DNA of 64,000 nt from positions 1-64,000 of the forward strand of contig CAWJRJ010000025.1 of assembly GCA_963845245.1 (NCBI GenBank), in the 5' to 3' direction. The first letter of the stretch is position 1; each line of letters opens with the position of its first letter. The stretch is from Nitrospirota bacterium (lineage in GTDB: Bacteria; Nitrospirota; JACRHJ01). Below the pieces are notes generated by a model. The model had not been told where the DNA came from and searched no databases. It saw nothing but the letters and a program-made list of their open reading frames with translations. A program made the position numbers and the translations under genes. Shown here one piece after another: positions 52,422 through 64,000 of the stretch.

Positions 52422-52667
52422 ATGACAAAGCCCCCAAAGGCCGATGTTACGCTCGACTGCTTCGGGCTCACATGCCCCATGCCCATCTTCAACGCCTCGC
52501 AGAAGATGAAGGAGCTGAAGATAGGTGAGGTGCTCGAGGTGCTGGCTACCGACAGCGGGATAGTTGCGGACATGCCGGACTGGTGCAAACGCACCGGGAA
52601 CGAGTTCATCGGGGCCGAAGAGGACGACGGGGAGTACAAGGTCTATATCCGCAAACTGGCGGAGTGA
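52422..52667 (+). CDS. TusA-family sulfur carrier
   Basis: LDCFGLTCPMP, GEVLEVLATD, WCKRTGN. Confidence 0.9.
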   Translation: MTKPPKADVTLDCFGLTCPMPIFNASQKMKELKIGEVLEVLATDSGIVADMPDWCKRTGNEFIGAEEDDGEYKVYIRKLAE

Positions 52668-52672
52668 AGACC

Positions 52673-52712
52673 TTACTTTCTTTTCACGAGAAAAGAAAGT
52701 AACAAAGAAAAG
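52673..52712. repeat. Intergenic palindromic repeat, half element (copy E)
   Basis: TTACTTTCTTTTC-ac-GAGAAAAGAAAGTAA-CAAAGAAA. Confidence 0.7.
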
Positions 52713-52737
52713 CGGGGTTTGGTGATATAATAGACAT

Positions 52738-52765
52738 CGGAGGCTTCTGGCCTCCGGTTTTTTTA
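52738..52765 (+). terminator. Probable intrinsic terminator after tusA
   Basis: CGGAGGC-ttctg-GCCTCCG followed by a T-run. Confidence 0.6.
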
Positions 52766-52833
52766 TGGGAAGCTGACATAAGTCATAGAACTTTTGGCTA
52801 GCTAGCTGTATATATTTAAATGGAGGCTGCGAT

Positions 52834-53268
52834 ATGGCTGATTTCGCGAGCGCAACAGTAAAGTTTGTCGACGGTATGCAGTTTGTCGGGGAGACCGGCA
52901 CGGGCCACGCCTTTGTCATGGACGCCGCGCCGGGCGTGGGCGGCAAGAACACCGGCTGCAGGCCGATGGAGCTTTTGCTGGTTGGCCTGGGCGGCTGCAC
53001 CGGTATGGACGTCGTGTCCATCCTTCGCAAGAAGAAACTGAACGTGAAGAACGTCCAGATGAACGTGAAGGGCAACTGGGTTGAGGGCGAGACATACCCC
53101 AAGTATTTCGAGTCGATTGAGGTTGAGTACGTCGTGACCGGCAGGGACATAACGGAAGAGGCGGTGAAGAAGGCAATCGAGCTCTCCGAGACCAAGTACT
53201 GCTCCGTCGCCGCGAACCTCCGGGGCGTCTCCAAGATTACTACGAGTTTCAAGGTAATAAACGAATAG
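52834..53268 (+). CDS. OsmC/YhfA-family protein
   Basis: RPMELLL.GLGGCTGMD, ETKYCSV. Confidence 0.9.
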   Translation: MADFASATVKFVDGMQFVGETGTGHAFVMDAAPGVGGKNTGCRPMELLLVGLGGCTGMDVVSILRKKKLNVKNVQMNVKGNWVEGETYPKYFESIEVEYVVTGRDITEEAVKKAIELSETKYCSVAANLRGVSKITTSFKVINE

Positions 53269-53277
53269 GAACAAGTT

Positions 53278-54148
53278 TTGAAGCTTTTGATCGTCTGCAA
53301 CGACAAGGTTAAGCCCGGCCCAAGCATACCGTTTTCGGTGACGATGGAAGACCAGTTCGCCGAGCGGGTGGTGGGCCACCTGAAGAACGACTACGCACAG
53401 ATATGCAACGGATGCGACAAGGACTGCGACCACTGCCGGGACAAGTACCCGGTGCTGTTCCCGGTTGACTTCAAGGAGGACATAGCAAGCGTCATCCTGC
53501 TGCCTGCGGTGCTTCCGTATTACGTTGATGACCCGGGCGAGTACCTGCCCGAGGAGCTTCCCCCGCACGACGTCCTGCTTGCGATACACATACACGAGGA
53601 CCTGCTGCTCTCGCTCCCGCAGCGCTCAAAGGACGCGGGCGGCAAGGCGATAATTGTGCCGGGCGAGGACCCGGCCTGGCTGTCCCAGTGGATCCGCACC
53701 AGGCTGAAGAAGATTTGCGACAACCTGGGTCTTGAGTCGGCATTCCCGAAACCCTTCTGCGCGCTCAACCCCGGGCCGGACCAGCCGGTCGTCGTCAGAG
53801 TTCGTGAAGCATTTCCGTTCCGGCAAGCCGAAGATAAAGATCAAGGTGCAGGACGGCAAGATTATAGATACGCAGGTAATCACCAGCGCGCCCTGCGGCT
53901 GCACCTATTACGTCGCAAGGAACCTCATCGGCAAGGAAGTGAACGAGGAATTAAACGTGGAGGTGACGGCGAAGTACTGGCACAGCTACCCCTGCGTCGC
54001 CAGCATGGACGTGGACCGCGACCTGGGCGACACCCCGCTCCACAAGGGCGGGTACATGCATTACGAGGCCGTCGCGGACGCGGTCGCGGAAGAGGTGCCG
54101 GAAGTCAAGGTCAAGAAGGACAAGGTGCAGATTACGGGGAAGAAATAA
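53278..54148 (+). CDS. DUF166-family protein with N-terminal CxxCxxxCxxC (indel near 53795)
   Basis: HEDL, FPKPFC.L, SAPCG.T.YVA, YPC.ASM, LH..G..H pattern recalled for DUF166. Confidence 0.7.
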
Positions 54149-54156
54149 CCCCCTGA

Positions 54157-55705
54157 TTAATGCGATACTGTCTGTTTCTGCTTTCCGTTCCAGCCGAATA
54201 TAATAAACAGAAAAGCTATAATGCAGTAGCCAATCACGAACGGCCAAGTAGTTGAAGGCCCGTATGAGTTCACCACGCCTGCGGCAGTAATCTCGTACCC
54301 GTGCATAAGCCCGGTCGCGCTGACAGCCGCCGCGACGAGCGCCCAGGCCGCCGCGCCCCTGAACCGCCCCTCCACCAATGCAACCGTTATCGCAGCTAAT
54401 ACCATCGAGGTAAATATGAAGCCGCGCTCAAGCGCTATCATTCCCGCTATGGGGAACTGGGCCGCAAGCGGGGCAAGCCCTAATGTACCAATACCGGTAC
54501 CTGCCGCGCGCAGGCCGTTGTCGAGCATGATAAGCCCCCATGCCGCAAGGGCGGGGAAGAAGCCCACGACCACCGCCGGGGCGTGCTCGCGCGGAGTCGC
54601 CTGGAACGCCTGGGCCGCGATGGTTATGCCAATCCAGAGCAGTATCGCCGCCCCTGCCTCGACAGGCACGAGCGCGCTCGCAAACCCCACCAGCCCGAGA
54701 CAGCACAGAAGCGTTATCACTACGCCGTTTGCGACGGAGTAGCCCGCACCCGCGCCCATCGCCTTCCAGCCGGGATGGCCGATGTATATAGTGGTGGGGA
54801 AGCAGCTCCCGAAACACGCGGCGGCAATCGTGCCGACGCCGTTCACGATGAGTGAGCTCTTGACGGGGTATGTGTCTCCTGCGGCCTCGGCACTCTCAAG
54901 GTTCTGGAGCGAGCCTATCAGGTTGAAAAGCCCCATCGGGACGATGACAGGCATGAAGGCCAGCATATACGTGGAGCCGGTCGCCTCGGCAAGCTCATGT
55001 ATGAACGGGTGGGGAAACTCAAGCGAGATGTGCAGCGAGTTCGCAAGGGCCGTCGCCGTCCATGCGTCCCAGTCCCCAGGCAAGAGCGGTGCCGACCACA
55101 ACGGCTACAAAGCCGGCTGGCAGCCCTTTCGGGAGCTTGAGGCGGCCTATGTACTGGAGCAGTATCAGGCCCATCGGCGCGAACCCGACGAGCGGGTCCT
55201 TGAATATGCGGAAACAGAAGTCCATCGAGATGAACGTGATGGCTATGCCCGCAAGGGTGGAGAGCAGCGCGGCACGCGGGGTGATACGCTTGACCCATCC
55301 GGCAACGTATGCGCCGCCGAACTCAATCAGCCCGGAGCCAAGGCACGCGGCAAGGCCGACACGCCATGCAAGTTCGGGGTCGTGCGTCTGGTTCACCACC
55401 GGGAACATCACGAAAAGGACGAATGCGAAGAGGGATACGGTATTTACGCCGAACGGGAGCGCGGTTGCGATACTCTGGCCGGTGCGGCGCACCAGAGCAC
55501 GCGCCTGGAATGCGTAGTAGATGTTGCCGACCAGCAGGCTGACCGCGACGCCGGGCAGTATCCTGCCGTAGACGAGCGCGCCGGGCATGCCAAGAAGGCC
55601 GGTGCAGAGCGTGACAATCAGGATAAGCTGGATGAGGTTGTCCACGAACAGCCCGAAGAAGCCGTCGAGGTCACCCTTTCGCCACCACTTGAAAGAATGC
55701 GACAT
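54157..55705 (-). CDS. NCS2-like nucleobase permease (indel near 55060)
   Basis: GDLDGFFGLF.DN, TALPFGVN, PRAALLSTLAG, ESAEAAGD, PTTIYIGHPGWK; downstream of purE. Confidence 0.85.
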
Positions 55706-55711
55706 TCACTT

Positions 55712-55810
55712 CGCACCTTTCTTGAAAGAAAGGCGCCCCCAAAGAATGTTATTACAAAGTAATGGCTTTCTTTTGGTACTTTTCTTTCACCTGAAAGAAA
55801 AGTACGGTCT
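55712..55810. repeat. Intergenic REPIN-like doublet (copy F)
   Basis: CCTTTCTT-ga-AAGAAAGG..CCAAAGAA...TTCTTTTGG-TACTTTTCTTTCA..TGAAAGAAAAGTA. Confidence 0.8.
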
Positions 55811-56319
55811 TAAAACAGGTTCATCAGGCCTTCGACGGCCTTGGCCTTCTGCTCCACTTCCTCGACCATCTTTTCCTTGAACCTGACGAGCTTCTTCGCA
55901 ACTTCCTCATCGAACGTGCCGACTATCTGAGCGGCAAGGATGCCCGCGTTCTTTGCGCCCGCCTTGCCGATGGCCATCGTGGCGACCGGTATGCCGCCCG
56001 GCATCTGTGCCGTTGAGAGAAGCGCGTCCATGCCCTGAAGAGTTGATGAGTCAATCGGTACGCCGATTACGGGCAGCGTGGTGCTTGCCGCAATGACGCC
56101 CGCGAGGTGGGCTGCGCCGCCCGCGCCTGCAATGATTACCTTGAGGCCGCGCTCGGCCGCAGTGGTTGCAAACTCGTGTGCGCGAGCCGGTGTCCTGTGC
56201 GCCGATGCGACCGTCGTTACGTTTGGTATGCCGAACTCGTCCAGCATCTTCTTCGCTTCCTGCATGATCGAGAGGTCCGTGTCAGACCCCATCACTATAC
56301 CGACAAGTGGCTTTGCCAT
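55810..56319 (-). CDS. purE: N5-CAIR mutase
   Basis: MGSDTD, SAHRTP, AGAGGAAHL.G, QMPGGIPVAT. Confidence 0.96.
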   Translation of the reverse strand: MAKPLVGIVMGSDTDLSIMQEAKKMLDEFGIPNVTTVASAHRTPARAHEFATTAAERGLKVIIAGAGGAAHLAGVIAASTTLPVIGVPIDSSTLQGMDALLSTAQMPGGIPVATMAIGKAGAKNAGILAAQIVGTFDEEVAKKLVRFKEKMVEEVEQKAKAVEGLMNLF

Positions 56320-56428
56320 GTTGTTCTCCTTGATTGCGACCGTTTAAAATAGCGAATATACCAAACTACTTGAATAATTAAAAGTATTTTTTATTTGAAC
56401 GGGGCGGGGTTTGGCTTATAATGGACGG

Positions 56429-59400
56429 ATGAGACTGCATTTGCTGCCGTTCGGCAAGCCCGCCTGGGAACGCCGGAAGGCGATATTCAAAGAGATTATA
56501 GCCGCCCGACCAGGCCCGCCATACGACTTCAGGGGGGTTCTATACCTGGCCCCGAACGAGCGCGCAGTGCGGATGATGAGGGTCTTATTCCTTGAGGCCC
56601 TTGAAGAGGCGACCGGCTCCAAGGGCTGCATCCCGCCTATATTCCATGCGCTGAACAGGTTCATTTCCACGAAGGTGCGGCAGTCCACAAAAGCCCGCGT
56701 GGCGGAAGGGGTTGAGAGGGAACTGGTTATAGAGGACCTGTGCCGGAAGGCGGCGCAGCGGATGCCGGAACTTGATTCGCACACGGAGGTCGGCCTCTCG
56801 CTTGCGCCCCTGGTATGTGATGCACTCGACAATATATATACATTCGGTGCGGACGACAGGAGGTTGCGGGAGTTCGCTCGGGACAGTCTGCCGCTGGGGT
56901 TCCTGCTGGAGGTCAAGGGCATCGTACGAGGCATGGCTTGAACGACACGGTTTTGTGGACATGTCAGCCGCCAGGGCCTCATACATGCCAAAGCCGACTG
57001 ATTTTGATTTCGGCGTGACAGTGCTCGACGGCCTCTATGATGCGGACCCTGTCGAAATGCGGGTGTTGAAGGCCCTTTCGCAGGCCCCGGAATCACATCT
57101 GATAGTCCAGGCACCAGGTTTGAGCAATGATTCCTCGGCCATGGAAGGTTCGCCGTACTGCGGCACCGCGGCCATGATAAAAGAGCTGTGCGGCGACATA
57201 TCACACGAAGATGGCTTCGAAGCGGATATTTGCGAAGTGGAAGCATTTGTGGGTGCGCTCTTTGAAGGCGTGCCCGTGCGCAAGAGCTATGAGGCCATAA
57301 ACGCGCTGGGCAAAAAACGCCGGGATATCACGGTGGCGGGAGCGTTGAACCCAGCCGAGGAGGTTTACTTTATAGCCCGGGAAATAAAGGAGTCATTCCT
57401 CGCAGGAAGTTGTCCTGCACTCGGCAGGATACTTGTATTCCCTGTCTCGCCGGGTGTCTACCTTCCGTTGATCAGGGAGGCATTCACGGACTATGGCATC
57501 CCATTTTACATATCGCAGGGCACGCCACTGACGCGTAGCTCTGTAGTGGCATCATTTTTAGATATACTGTCGTTGCCAGCTGAGAGATATTCCTTCAGGA
57601 CGATGCGCAGGGTTTTCGCCTCTCAGTTCATTAGACTTGCAGCGGGGGGAAACAGCCTTGGCGCCTTCGATGCCTTTGCCAGAAGCAATGGGATCACCGG
57701 CGGGAGGCAGAGGTGGTTGAAGGCGGCAGAAGGGGCAGCGGGGTATGACGGTGAAACTGCTTTTATGCAGCCGTTAAAAAAGCTGCTGTCGCTTACCGGG
57801 AGGTTTACCGGGAACAAGACCCTGGGCGCATGGGCAGGAGAATGCATGACGCTGCTCACAGACGCCGGATTCACGGAAACCGTTGGGGAGTACAGGGATA
57901 ATGCGCCGGAGATATGCGCCGCATTTGAGGCGCTTCTGAAGGAGCTGGTCAGGTTGAAGGAGCATACCGCCCTTATGCCCGGCGGAATTGACGGAGTACG
58001 GTTCCTCAGGGTACTGAAGAAGCTGTTGTCGGACATAAGTTATTCAACGGGTGACGGGACAGTTTCGGGCGTGCGGGTCCTCGGCAGGCAGGAGATACTT
58101 TCGGAGCCGTTTGACGCGATATACGTGTGCGGACTCTCGGATGGCACACTGCCCGCGCCTGTGCGACGATGATATATTCTTCGCCGGCGCAGTAACGGCG
58201 GCACTCGGTATCCCGTCAAGCCGTCTATCGCTTACACGCGATGCGCGCCTGTTTTTGACAGTTATGTTGTCTGCAGACAAGGCGGTCCTGACCTGGCCGG
58301 AGAATTCCGGCAGGGGCCCCGCCTCGCCATCGCCGTACATCACGGCCCTGGAGCCGTTCATAAAGGCCGGGTACGTCTGCGAGAGGGGAAAAGTGTGTCC
58401 GTCCGTCAGCTCCTGATGATGTCCTCGGGCCGGATGAGCTGTTGCGGACGTTGACCATGTTTGCATCGAGGCCCGGCGTTTCGGGGCTGCTTGAGGAGGC
58501 GTCCCGGAAGATACCCGCGCTTGCCCGTATTGTGGAAAATCCAGGCGGCGAACAAGCGCCGTCATTCTCCGCCACAGACAAGAGAAGATTCAGCGTGACG
58601 GAGCTGGAGGAGTACATACTGTGCCGCTACCGTTATTACCAGGCGCGTGTCTTGAAGAGCGCGCCGGTCGAGGAGCCGGACGAAGATATAGCGCCGCATG
58701 AGGCCGGAAGCGTCGTTCACGATATACTAAGGGATTTCTACCGTCAGGTGGGAAAAGAAGGGATCAAGGACAGCGCGTCCGCGCTTGAGGCCTTGAGGAA
58801 GATAGCCGAAACCAGATTCAACAAACTCCCGAAGACATTTGCCAACAGCGAACTCAAACGCCGGTTCATCGAAAAGGTCGCGCCAAGGTTCATAGAGACC
58901 GAGGCGGAGTTATCGGACGGCAGCTTCCATGTATCCGGGATCGAGGACAAGGTCGAAACTGAAATTCCGGACGGTGAAGGCGGCACCATAACACTGACCG
59001 GAAAGATAGACCGTATCGAGATGGACGCGGACGGGAACTTCATCGTGGCGGACTACAAGACCGGGAAATATCCGGGAAAAGGCAAGCCGCTCGGCAAGCA
59101 GTTCCAGCTGCCGGTTTACGCGTATATGCTGAAGGACAAAGAGGGCGCGAAGCGTCCGGCGGGGTTTGTATATTACAACCTCAGAGACGGCAGGATGCGC
59201 GACGTCGTCTGTTACGATAAGGAACTGCTTCCCGGATCGGCTAAAGGGAAACGGGGGAAGTCACAGGAAGAGATAGAGGCCATGGTCGAGAAATGTGTCG
59301 GCGATGCAGTCTCGGCCGCAAAGGGCATAATGTCGGGTGAGTTTTCGCCGAACTGCGAGGACGCCTTCGTATGCAGGTCGTGCTCGTATATAGAGGTATG

Positions 59401-59464
59401 CAGAAAAGGCGAGTCCAAGGCCGAGGATGAAGGCGAGGAGAGCGAAGCGGATGAGGCCAGATGA
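56429..59464 (+). CDS. AddB-like inactive helicase / PD-(D/E)XK nuclease subunit (several indels)
   Basis: FSVTELE.Y..C.Y.YY, GS.VH, GKIDRIE, DYKTG, QL.VY, C-terminal C..C.Y..VC Fe-S staple. Confidence 0.8.
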
Positions 59465-59470
59465 GGCCAG

Positions 59471-62400
59471 ATGAGAATTGTTGAGCAGATAAGGGCCGCG
59501 AAGCCCGGCAGGTCGGTGCTGCTCTCGGCCTCGGCAGGGTCGGGCAAGACGCATGTGCTGGTGCGCCGGTAATGCATCTGCTTGCGGCCGGTGCGGGCCC
59601 GGATGAGATTGCGGCGATAACCTTCACAGAGAAGGCTGCCGCACAGATGAAGGCGCGGCTTTACAGGGTGCTTGCTGACGCCGCTTGGAAGGGTGATAGC
59701 ACTCTGGAGCTTCTGGGGCTTGAGCCGTCCGACCCGCCGTTTCCACTTATACTGAGCCCGGAGGAGATATTCTCGGAACTCACGGCCAGGCCGGACGCGC
59801 TCGGCATAAGCACCATACACGCCTTCTGTCTTGGACTTTTGAAACGCTTCCCGCTCGAAGCAGGTGTGCCGCCCGAGTTCAGGATCCTGGACGACTCGGA
59901 GATCCCCGTAAGGCGTATCGCTGCAGTTGACGAATGCGTCGAAAGGGCTGAAGAGGACGGTCTTGCGGCAGACTTCATGGCGCTTTCCGATACAGGTCTG
60001 GCTATCGGGAAGATCAAGGGGCTGTCTGTTGTCGGCACTGGACAAGAGGGGCCATGTCGCCCGGATGGAAAGTGAACTGGGCGGTTCCGACTGCTTTTAT
60101 CGGATATAGAAGGTGCGTATAAGAAGTATGAAGCCGAGGCGGCGGCAATAATGTCCGGGAACATTGCGGCGGAGGCAGGCGCAATACTGGGCATGTATCA
60201 TGCGTACCCCGCCCTGTCTTTTTCAGGCATGGAGACTGCGGCTGCGGGCCTTGAGAGGTTGCAGGCAATGAAGGAGACGGAAGAATTTCCCGCAGCCTTC
60301 GAATACCTGTCGGAGTATTTTTATACGGCTAAACTCGAATACAGGGCAAAGTCACCCTTTACAAAGACTGCCGCAACCGAGGCGCTCAAGGGGGACTACA
60401 AGGGTACGCAACTGAAGGAAAAGGTCGCAGAGCTTGTTGCCGGACATGAGGCGCTTTACGGAGAATTACGTGAAAGCGTGAACGAGCTGGCGCAGGCGTA
60501 TGACGGGATGACCGCAGCCAAGGCGCTCGCGTCCTTCATGCGGCTCTACCTGGCGGCCGAGACGGCCTATACCACGGCAAACCACTCAGAGGGTATGCTC
60601 GACTATGACGACCTGGAGATATACGCATACAGGCTCCTTGACGGGCCGCATGCGGACAGGGTCTTGAACCGGGTCGAGGAGAGGAAACTGCACTACCTTG
60701 TGGACGAGTTCCAGGACACCGGGGAGCTTCAGTGGGGTATTGTCGAGCGGCTGAACTCCGAGGTGTTCGCGGGTGCGGGCGCTGAGGGGATGAAGGCCCC
60801 GACGCTTTTTGTGGTGGGTGACAAGAAGCAGTCCATATACAGGTTCCGCAAGGCCAACTATAGATTAATGGACGTCCTGAAGGAGAAGATGGAGGAGGGT
60901 ATCGACCCTTCAAGACGCGACTTCCCGGAGCTTGATTATAACTTCAGGTCCGCGCCGGAGATTTTGAAGGTGGTGGACGAGGTATTCCTGCCGCTAATCG
61001 ATGACTACCGCCTGTCACGTCCTGCGAGGACGGGTGCAAAAGGGAGTGTAACGCTGAGGCTAGTATCGATTGGTACAGAGGCCGACGCGCTCGCCGAAGA
61101 TGTGGCAGCCGCGCTCGGAGCAGCCATATACGAAAAAAATGGGCCGCGTCCCGCGAGATATGGTGACATGGCAGTCCTGATCCGTTCGCGCGCCGGTCTG
61201 AAATCATACGAGAAGGCACTTCGTGTAAGAGGGATACCGTTCAAGGTGGTCGGCGGTACCGGCTTCTTCTTCCAGGACGAGATACAGGCGCTGATCAATA
61301 TACTAAAGTACCTGGATAACCCTTCCGAGCTCCTGTCGCTTGCGGCTGCGCTCAAGTCTCCGCTTTTCTCGTTGACGGATATTGATGTTGAGCCGATGTT
61401 TGCGGACTGCGACGCTTCGTCCGTGCTGGCCAGGCCATGGCCGGGGGCCGACAGGCTCTTTGAAGGATGGCGGGCGATGGCGGGAGTCGAGAGCGTCTCC
61501 GGCCTCCTTGAGGCGGTTATACGGGACTCCGGCGCAGTTGCTGCATTCGGTTTTGCGAGTGGGCCGTCTGCAGTGTTGAACATTGAGAAACTTAAAGGTA
61601 TTGCCCGCGATTACGACGCAAGGGGCGGGTCAGGCCTCTCGGGCTTTATAGAGTGGGCAAAGGCGTACCGCGAGAACGCGGAGATGGCCACCGCCGACGT
61701 CGAGCTGCAGGACGGCGGAGACTATGTGAGCATCATGACGGTGCATACCGCCAAGGGGCTGGAGTTCCCGGTGGTGTTCCTGCCCGGCGCTGCACGGGGG
61801 ACAAGGAACACCGTCGACGATTTTCTTCTTGAGGATGAGGGGCAAACTGGGCCACACCCTCGGCATCAGGACTGAAGGCCTGCTTGGTGAGAACGCCACG
61901 TTTACGCACCTGAAGGAGATAGAGAAGCAGGGAACTTTACGAAGAATCCAAGAGGCTTCTCTACGTGGCGATGACGAGGGCGATGGACCACCTGGTGATA
62001 ATCGGGGAGGCCCGCAAGCCTGCCAAAGGCACCTGGCTTGATTTCATGAACCAGGCCGCGCCCGCAAGCCTCTACGGAACATATGAAGGTTTAGGGGATG
62101 AGGTGGCTGCGGAAGGGACGCGTACGTATCCCGCAAGCGCCGCGTCTGTACCTGGGACTGGAGGAGGGTAACGCGGTTGCCACAGCCCAGCCGCCGCAGC
62201 CCGGAAGGCTTGCCCCTCTGCCAGTTGACGGAGCGCTGAGATTCCTTGCGCCCAGCAGCATGGCAGTGCCGCTTGAAGACCATACCGGGGATTTCGCCCA
62301 GAACGACCCGTTCCTGCGCGGCACCATCGTGCACAGGGCGCTCGAATCATACGGGAAGACAGGAACGTATGACCTATCTTCCATTGCAAAGGCGGAACCC

Positions 62401-62793
62401 GGGTTCACGGCGCTTGGCGGGGCGGATGGGAAGAAACTGCTTGAAGACATTGAAAAGGCGATATCCCGGATGCTTGCCGACCCGGCCATAATGCGGCTGT
62501 TTGAAGGCGCGGGAAGGTATTTCGAACTGCCGCTTCTGGTGAGAAGGGGCGGGGACATAATAGGCGGGACCGCCGACCTCGTCATCATAGAGGGAGGACG
62601 CGCGACAGTAGTGGACTACAAGACCGGGCTTGAGGGTTTTTCCGAGGAGGATATAATGAACGCATACTCCCCGCAGCTTATGGCCTATGCCGTCGCGGTA
62701 CAGGAGGCATTCGGGGTGCCGGATGTCGAGTGTTGCCTCCTGGTCGTGGACAGGGTAAAGCTGATAAGCCTGCCCAGTTACCAACAACTCTGA
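59471..62793 (+). CDS. AddA-like UvrD helicase-nuclease (several indels)
   Basis: ASAGSGKT, TFTEKAA, STIHAF, DEFQDT, VGDKKQSIYRFR, NFRS, TVHTAKGLEF, YVAMTRA, DYKTG. Confidence 0.88.
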
Positions 62794-62834
62794 AGCCTTG
62801 ACTTTAATCTTTTATAGTAATACACTTTTTACCT

Positions 62835-63206
62835 ATGAAAAAGCTGCTTTACATTGACGATGACGTCGCGTTTTTAAAGAAGATATCACGCCACATACGC
62901 GAGCGTTTTCCAAAGATCGACCCCATCACCTGCCAGAACCCGGTGGAGGCGCTGTCCTATATCGACAAGTCGCTCGACCTGCTGATGATAGACCTCGAGA
63001 TGCCGATGCTGGACGGCAAGAAACTGCTTAAATTCGCCATAGACCGCGGTATCGACCGTCGGAAGATAATAATCGTCAGCGCGCGCGAGGCAAACTACCT
63101 GCACGACGTCTTCCCCATGGGGCAGTGTCTCTGCGTGCTAAACAAGAACGACGCCAGGCAGCTTGAGGTGCTTGACATGGTCCTCGAAGCCATCGAGAAA
63201 AAATAG
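62835..63206 (+). CDS. Single-domain response regulator (receiver)
   Basis: YIDDD, IDLEMP..DG, IVSA, conserved Lys. Confidence 0.85.
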   Translation: MKKLLYIDDDVAFLKKISRHIRERFPKIDPITCQNPVEALSYIDKSLDLLMIDLEMPMLDGKKLLKFAIDRGIDRRKIIIVSAREANYLHDVFPMGQCLCVLNKNDARQLEVLDMVLEAIEKK

Positions 63207-63208
63207 GG

Positions 63209-64000
63209 ATGGCCTCATACATCCTCAAAAGGCTGCTCTTTGCCATACCCACCCTCCTTGGGATAGCCCTTGTAACATTCCTGCTCTTGAACGCCGTGCC
63301 CGGCGACCCCGCCCTCGGGCTCGTGGGGGAACGTGCCGACCCCCAGGCCATCGCCGCCATAAGGAAGGAACTCGGGCAGGACAGACCGCTCCCGGCAAGG
63401 TTTGTGGGCTACCTGAGCCTTCTTGCACACGGGAACCTCGGCCGCTCGTACTATACCCGCCGAGAGGTATCAAAAGACATACTTATCAAGTTCCCGAACA
63501 CCCTCAAACTCGCCCTGGCGGCGATGCTGCTTGCCACTACCTCGGAGTGCTTCTGGGCGTTATGTCCGCCGTGTACCGTGGGGGCATCATGGAGAAGGTG
63601 TTCTCAGGAATGGCGCTAGCCGGGATATCCCTGCCGGTGTTCTGGGTGGGGCTGGTGCTGATGCTCCTGTTCGCGTTCTGGCTGCCGTTGCTGCCGCCGT
63701 CCGGCATGGGTGACGGCGCTCTCATATACCTAGCCCTGCCTGCCGCGACCCTGGGGCTCAATTCCGCCGCATACATCGCACGTATCACGCGCATGAGCAT
63801 AGTGGAGGCGCTCGGGGCGCAGTACGTCATGACTGCGCGCGCAAAGGGGTTATCGCCCTTTGTGGTTGTGGGCAAGCACGCCCTGCGGAACGCACTCATC
63901 CCCGTCATAACGCTCATCGCCATAGACTTCGGGAGCTACCTGAACGGCTCGGTGCTTACCGAGACGATATTCGGCTGGGACGGGCTGGGCCGCTACGCGC
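63209..64000 (+). CDS. Dpp/Opp-type ABC transporter permease (DppB-like), partial
   Basis: PGDPA, GNLGRS, SLPVFW, YV.TARAKGL, KHALRNALIP, ETIF.W.GLG; indel near 63545. Confidence 0.9.

Noticed and set aside
46809..55810. Repeat family as a CRISPR array or plain terminators
   Set aside because: Copies are dispersed, degenerate, lack regular spacers and cas genes, and lie inside apparent operons as doublets.
58442..59464. Cas4-like nuclease implying CRISPR adaptation
   Set aside because: It is the C-terminal Fe-S nuclease domain of the AddB-like gene, adjacent to its AddA partner.
59450..59476. 10-nt tandem duplication GATGAGGCCA at the addB/addA junction
   Set aside because: Too short and plausibly a read artefact or a simple overlap duplication.
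59565..59575. TAA in the AddA-like gene as readthrough
   Set aside because: The continuation is out of frame; explained by a one-base deletion.

Overview
The window has two parts. (1) Positions 1-~6035 are a mosaic of at least six unrelated, truncated gene fragments with very different GC content and codon style: PLP decarboxylase plus homocysteine S-methyltransferase; Pro-rich protein plus PIG-L deacetylase; SNF transporter; FkbH-like; 2-oxoacid dehydrogenase E1. They are joined at poly-A runs or abrupt breaks and are most likely a long-read chimera. (2) Positions ~6035-64000 are one coherent, fairly GC-rich diderm bacterial chromosome segment (Nitrospirota/Desulfobacterota-like by gene content; low confidence) with many single-base indels that look like sequencing error. 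It carries argD-argF-X-argG-argH, lysA-TPR-TPR-dapF-dapA-dapB-FAH-dapL, two nifS-nifU pairs (the second followed by tusA-osmC-DUF166), tdh-kbl, an aspA/fumC-family lyase, purE, AddAB-like genes, three glycosyltransferases, three tandem PAS histidine kinases (one FixL-like), a 15-heme cytochrome c, tandem double-OmpA-domain proteins, and a small island with an acidic ORFan plus a DpnI-family nuclease. Best candidate new system: three small secreted Asr-like Lys/His/Ala-rich proteins, each preceded by the same TGTAAN-N17-CGTCTA motif, the third leading into an ECF sigma / zinc-finger anti-sigma / DUF3106-like operon, so a regulon can be read directly from the DNA. Also found: an unannotated 57-aa Sm-like ORF, a promoter-driven structured RNA ahead of an MTH1187-family gene, and a six-copy REPIN-like intergenic repeat family. 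No rRNA, tRNA, CRISPR array or transposase was recognised. Family calls are from motif recognition, not database searches.
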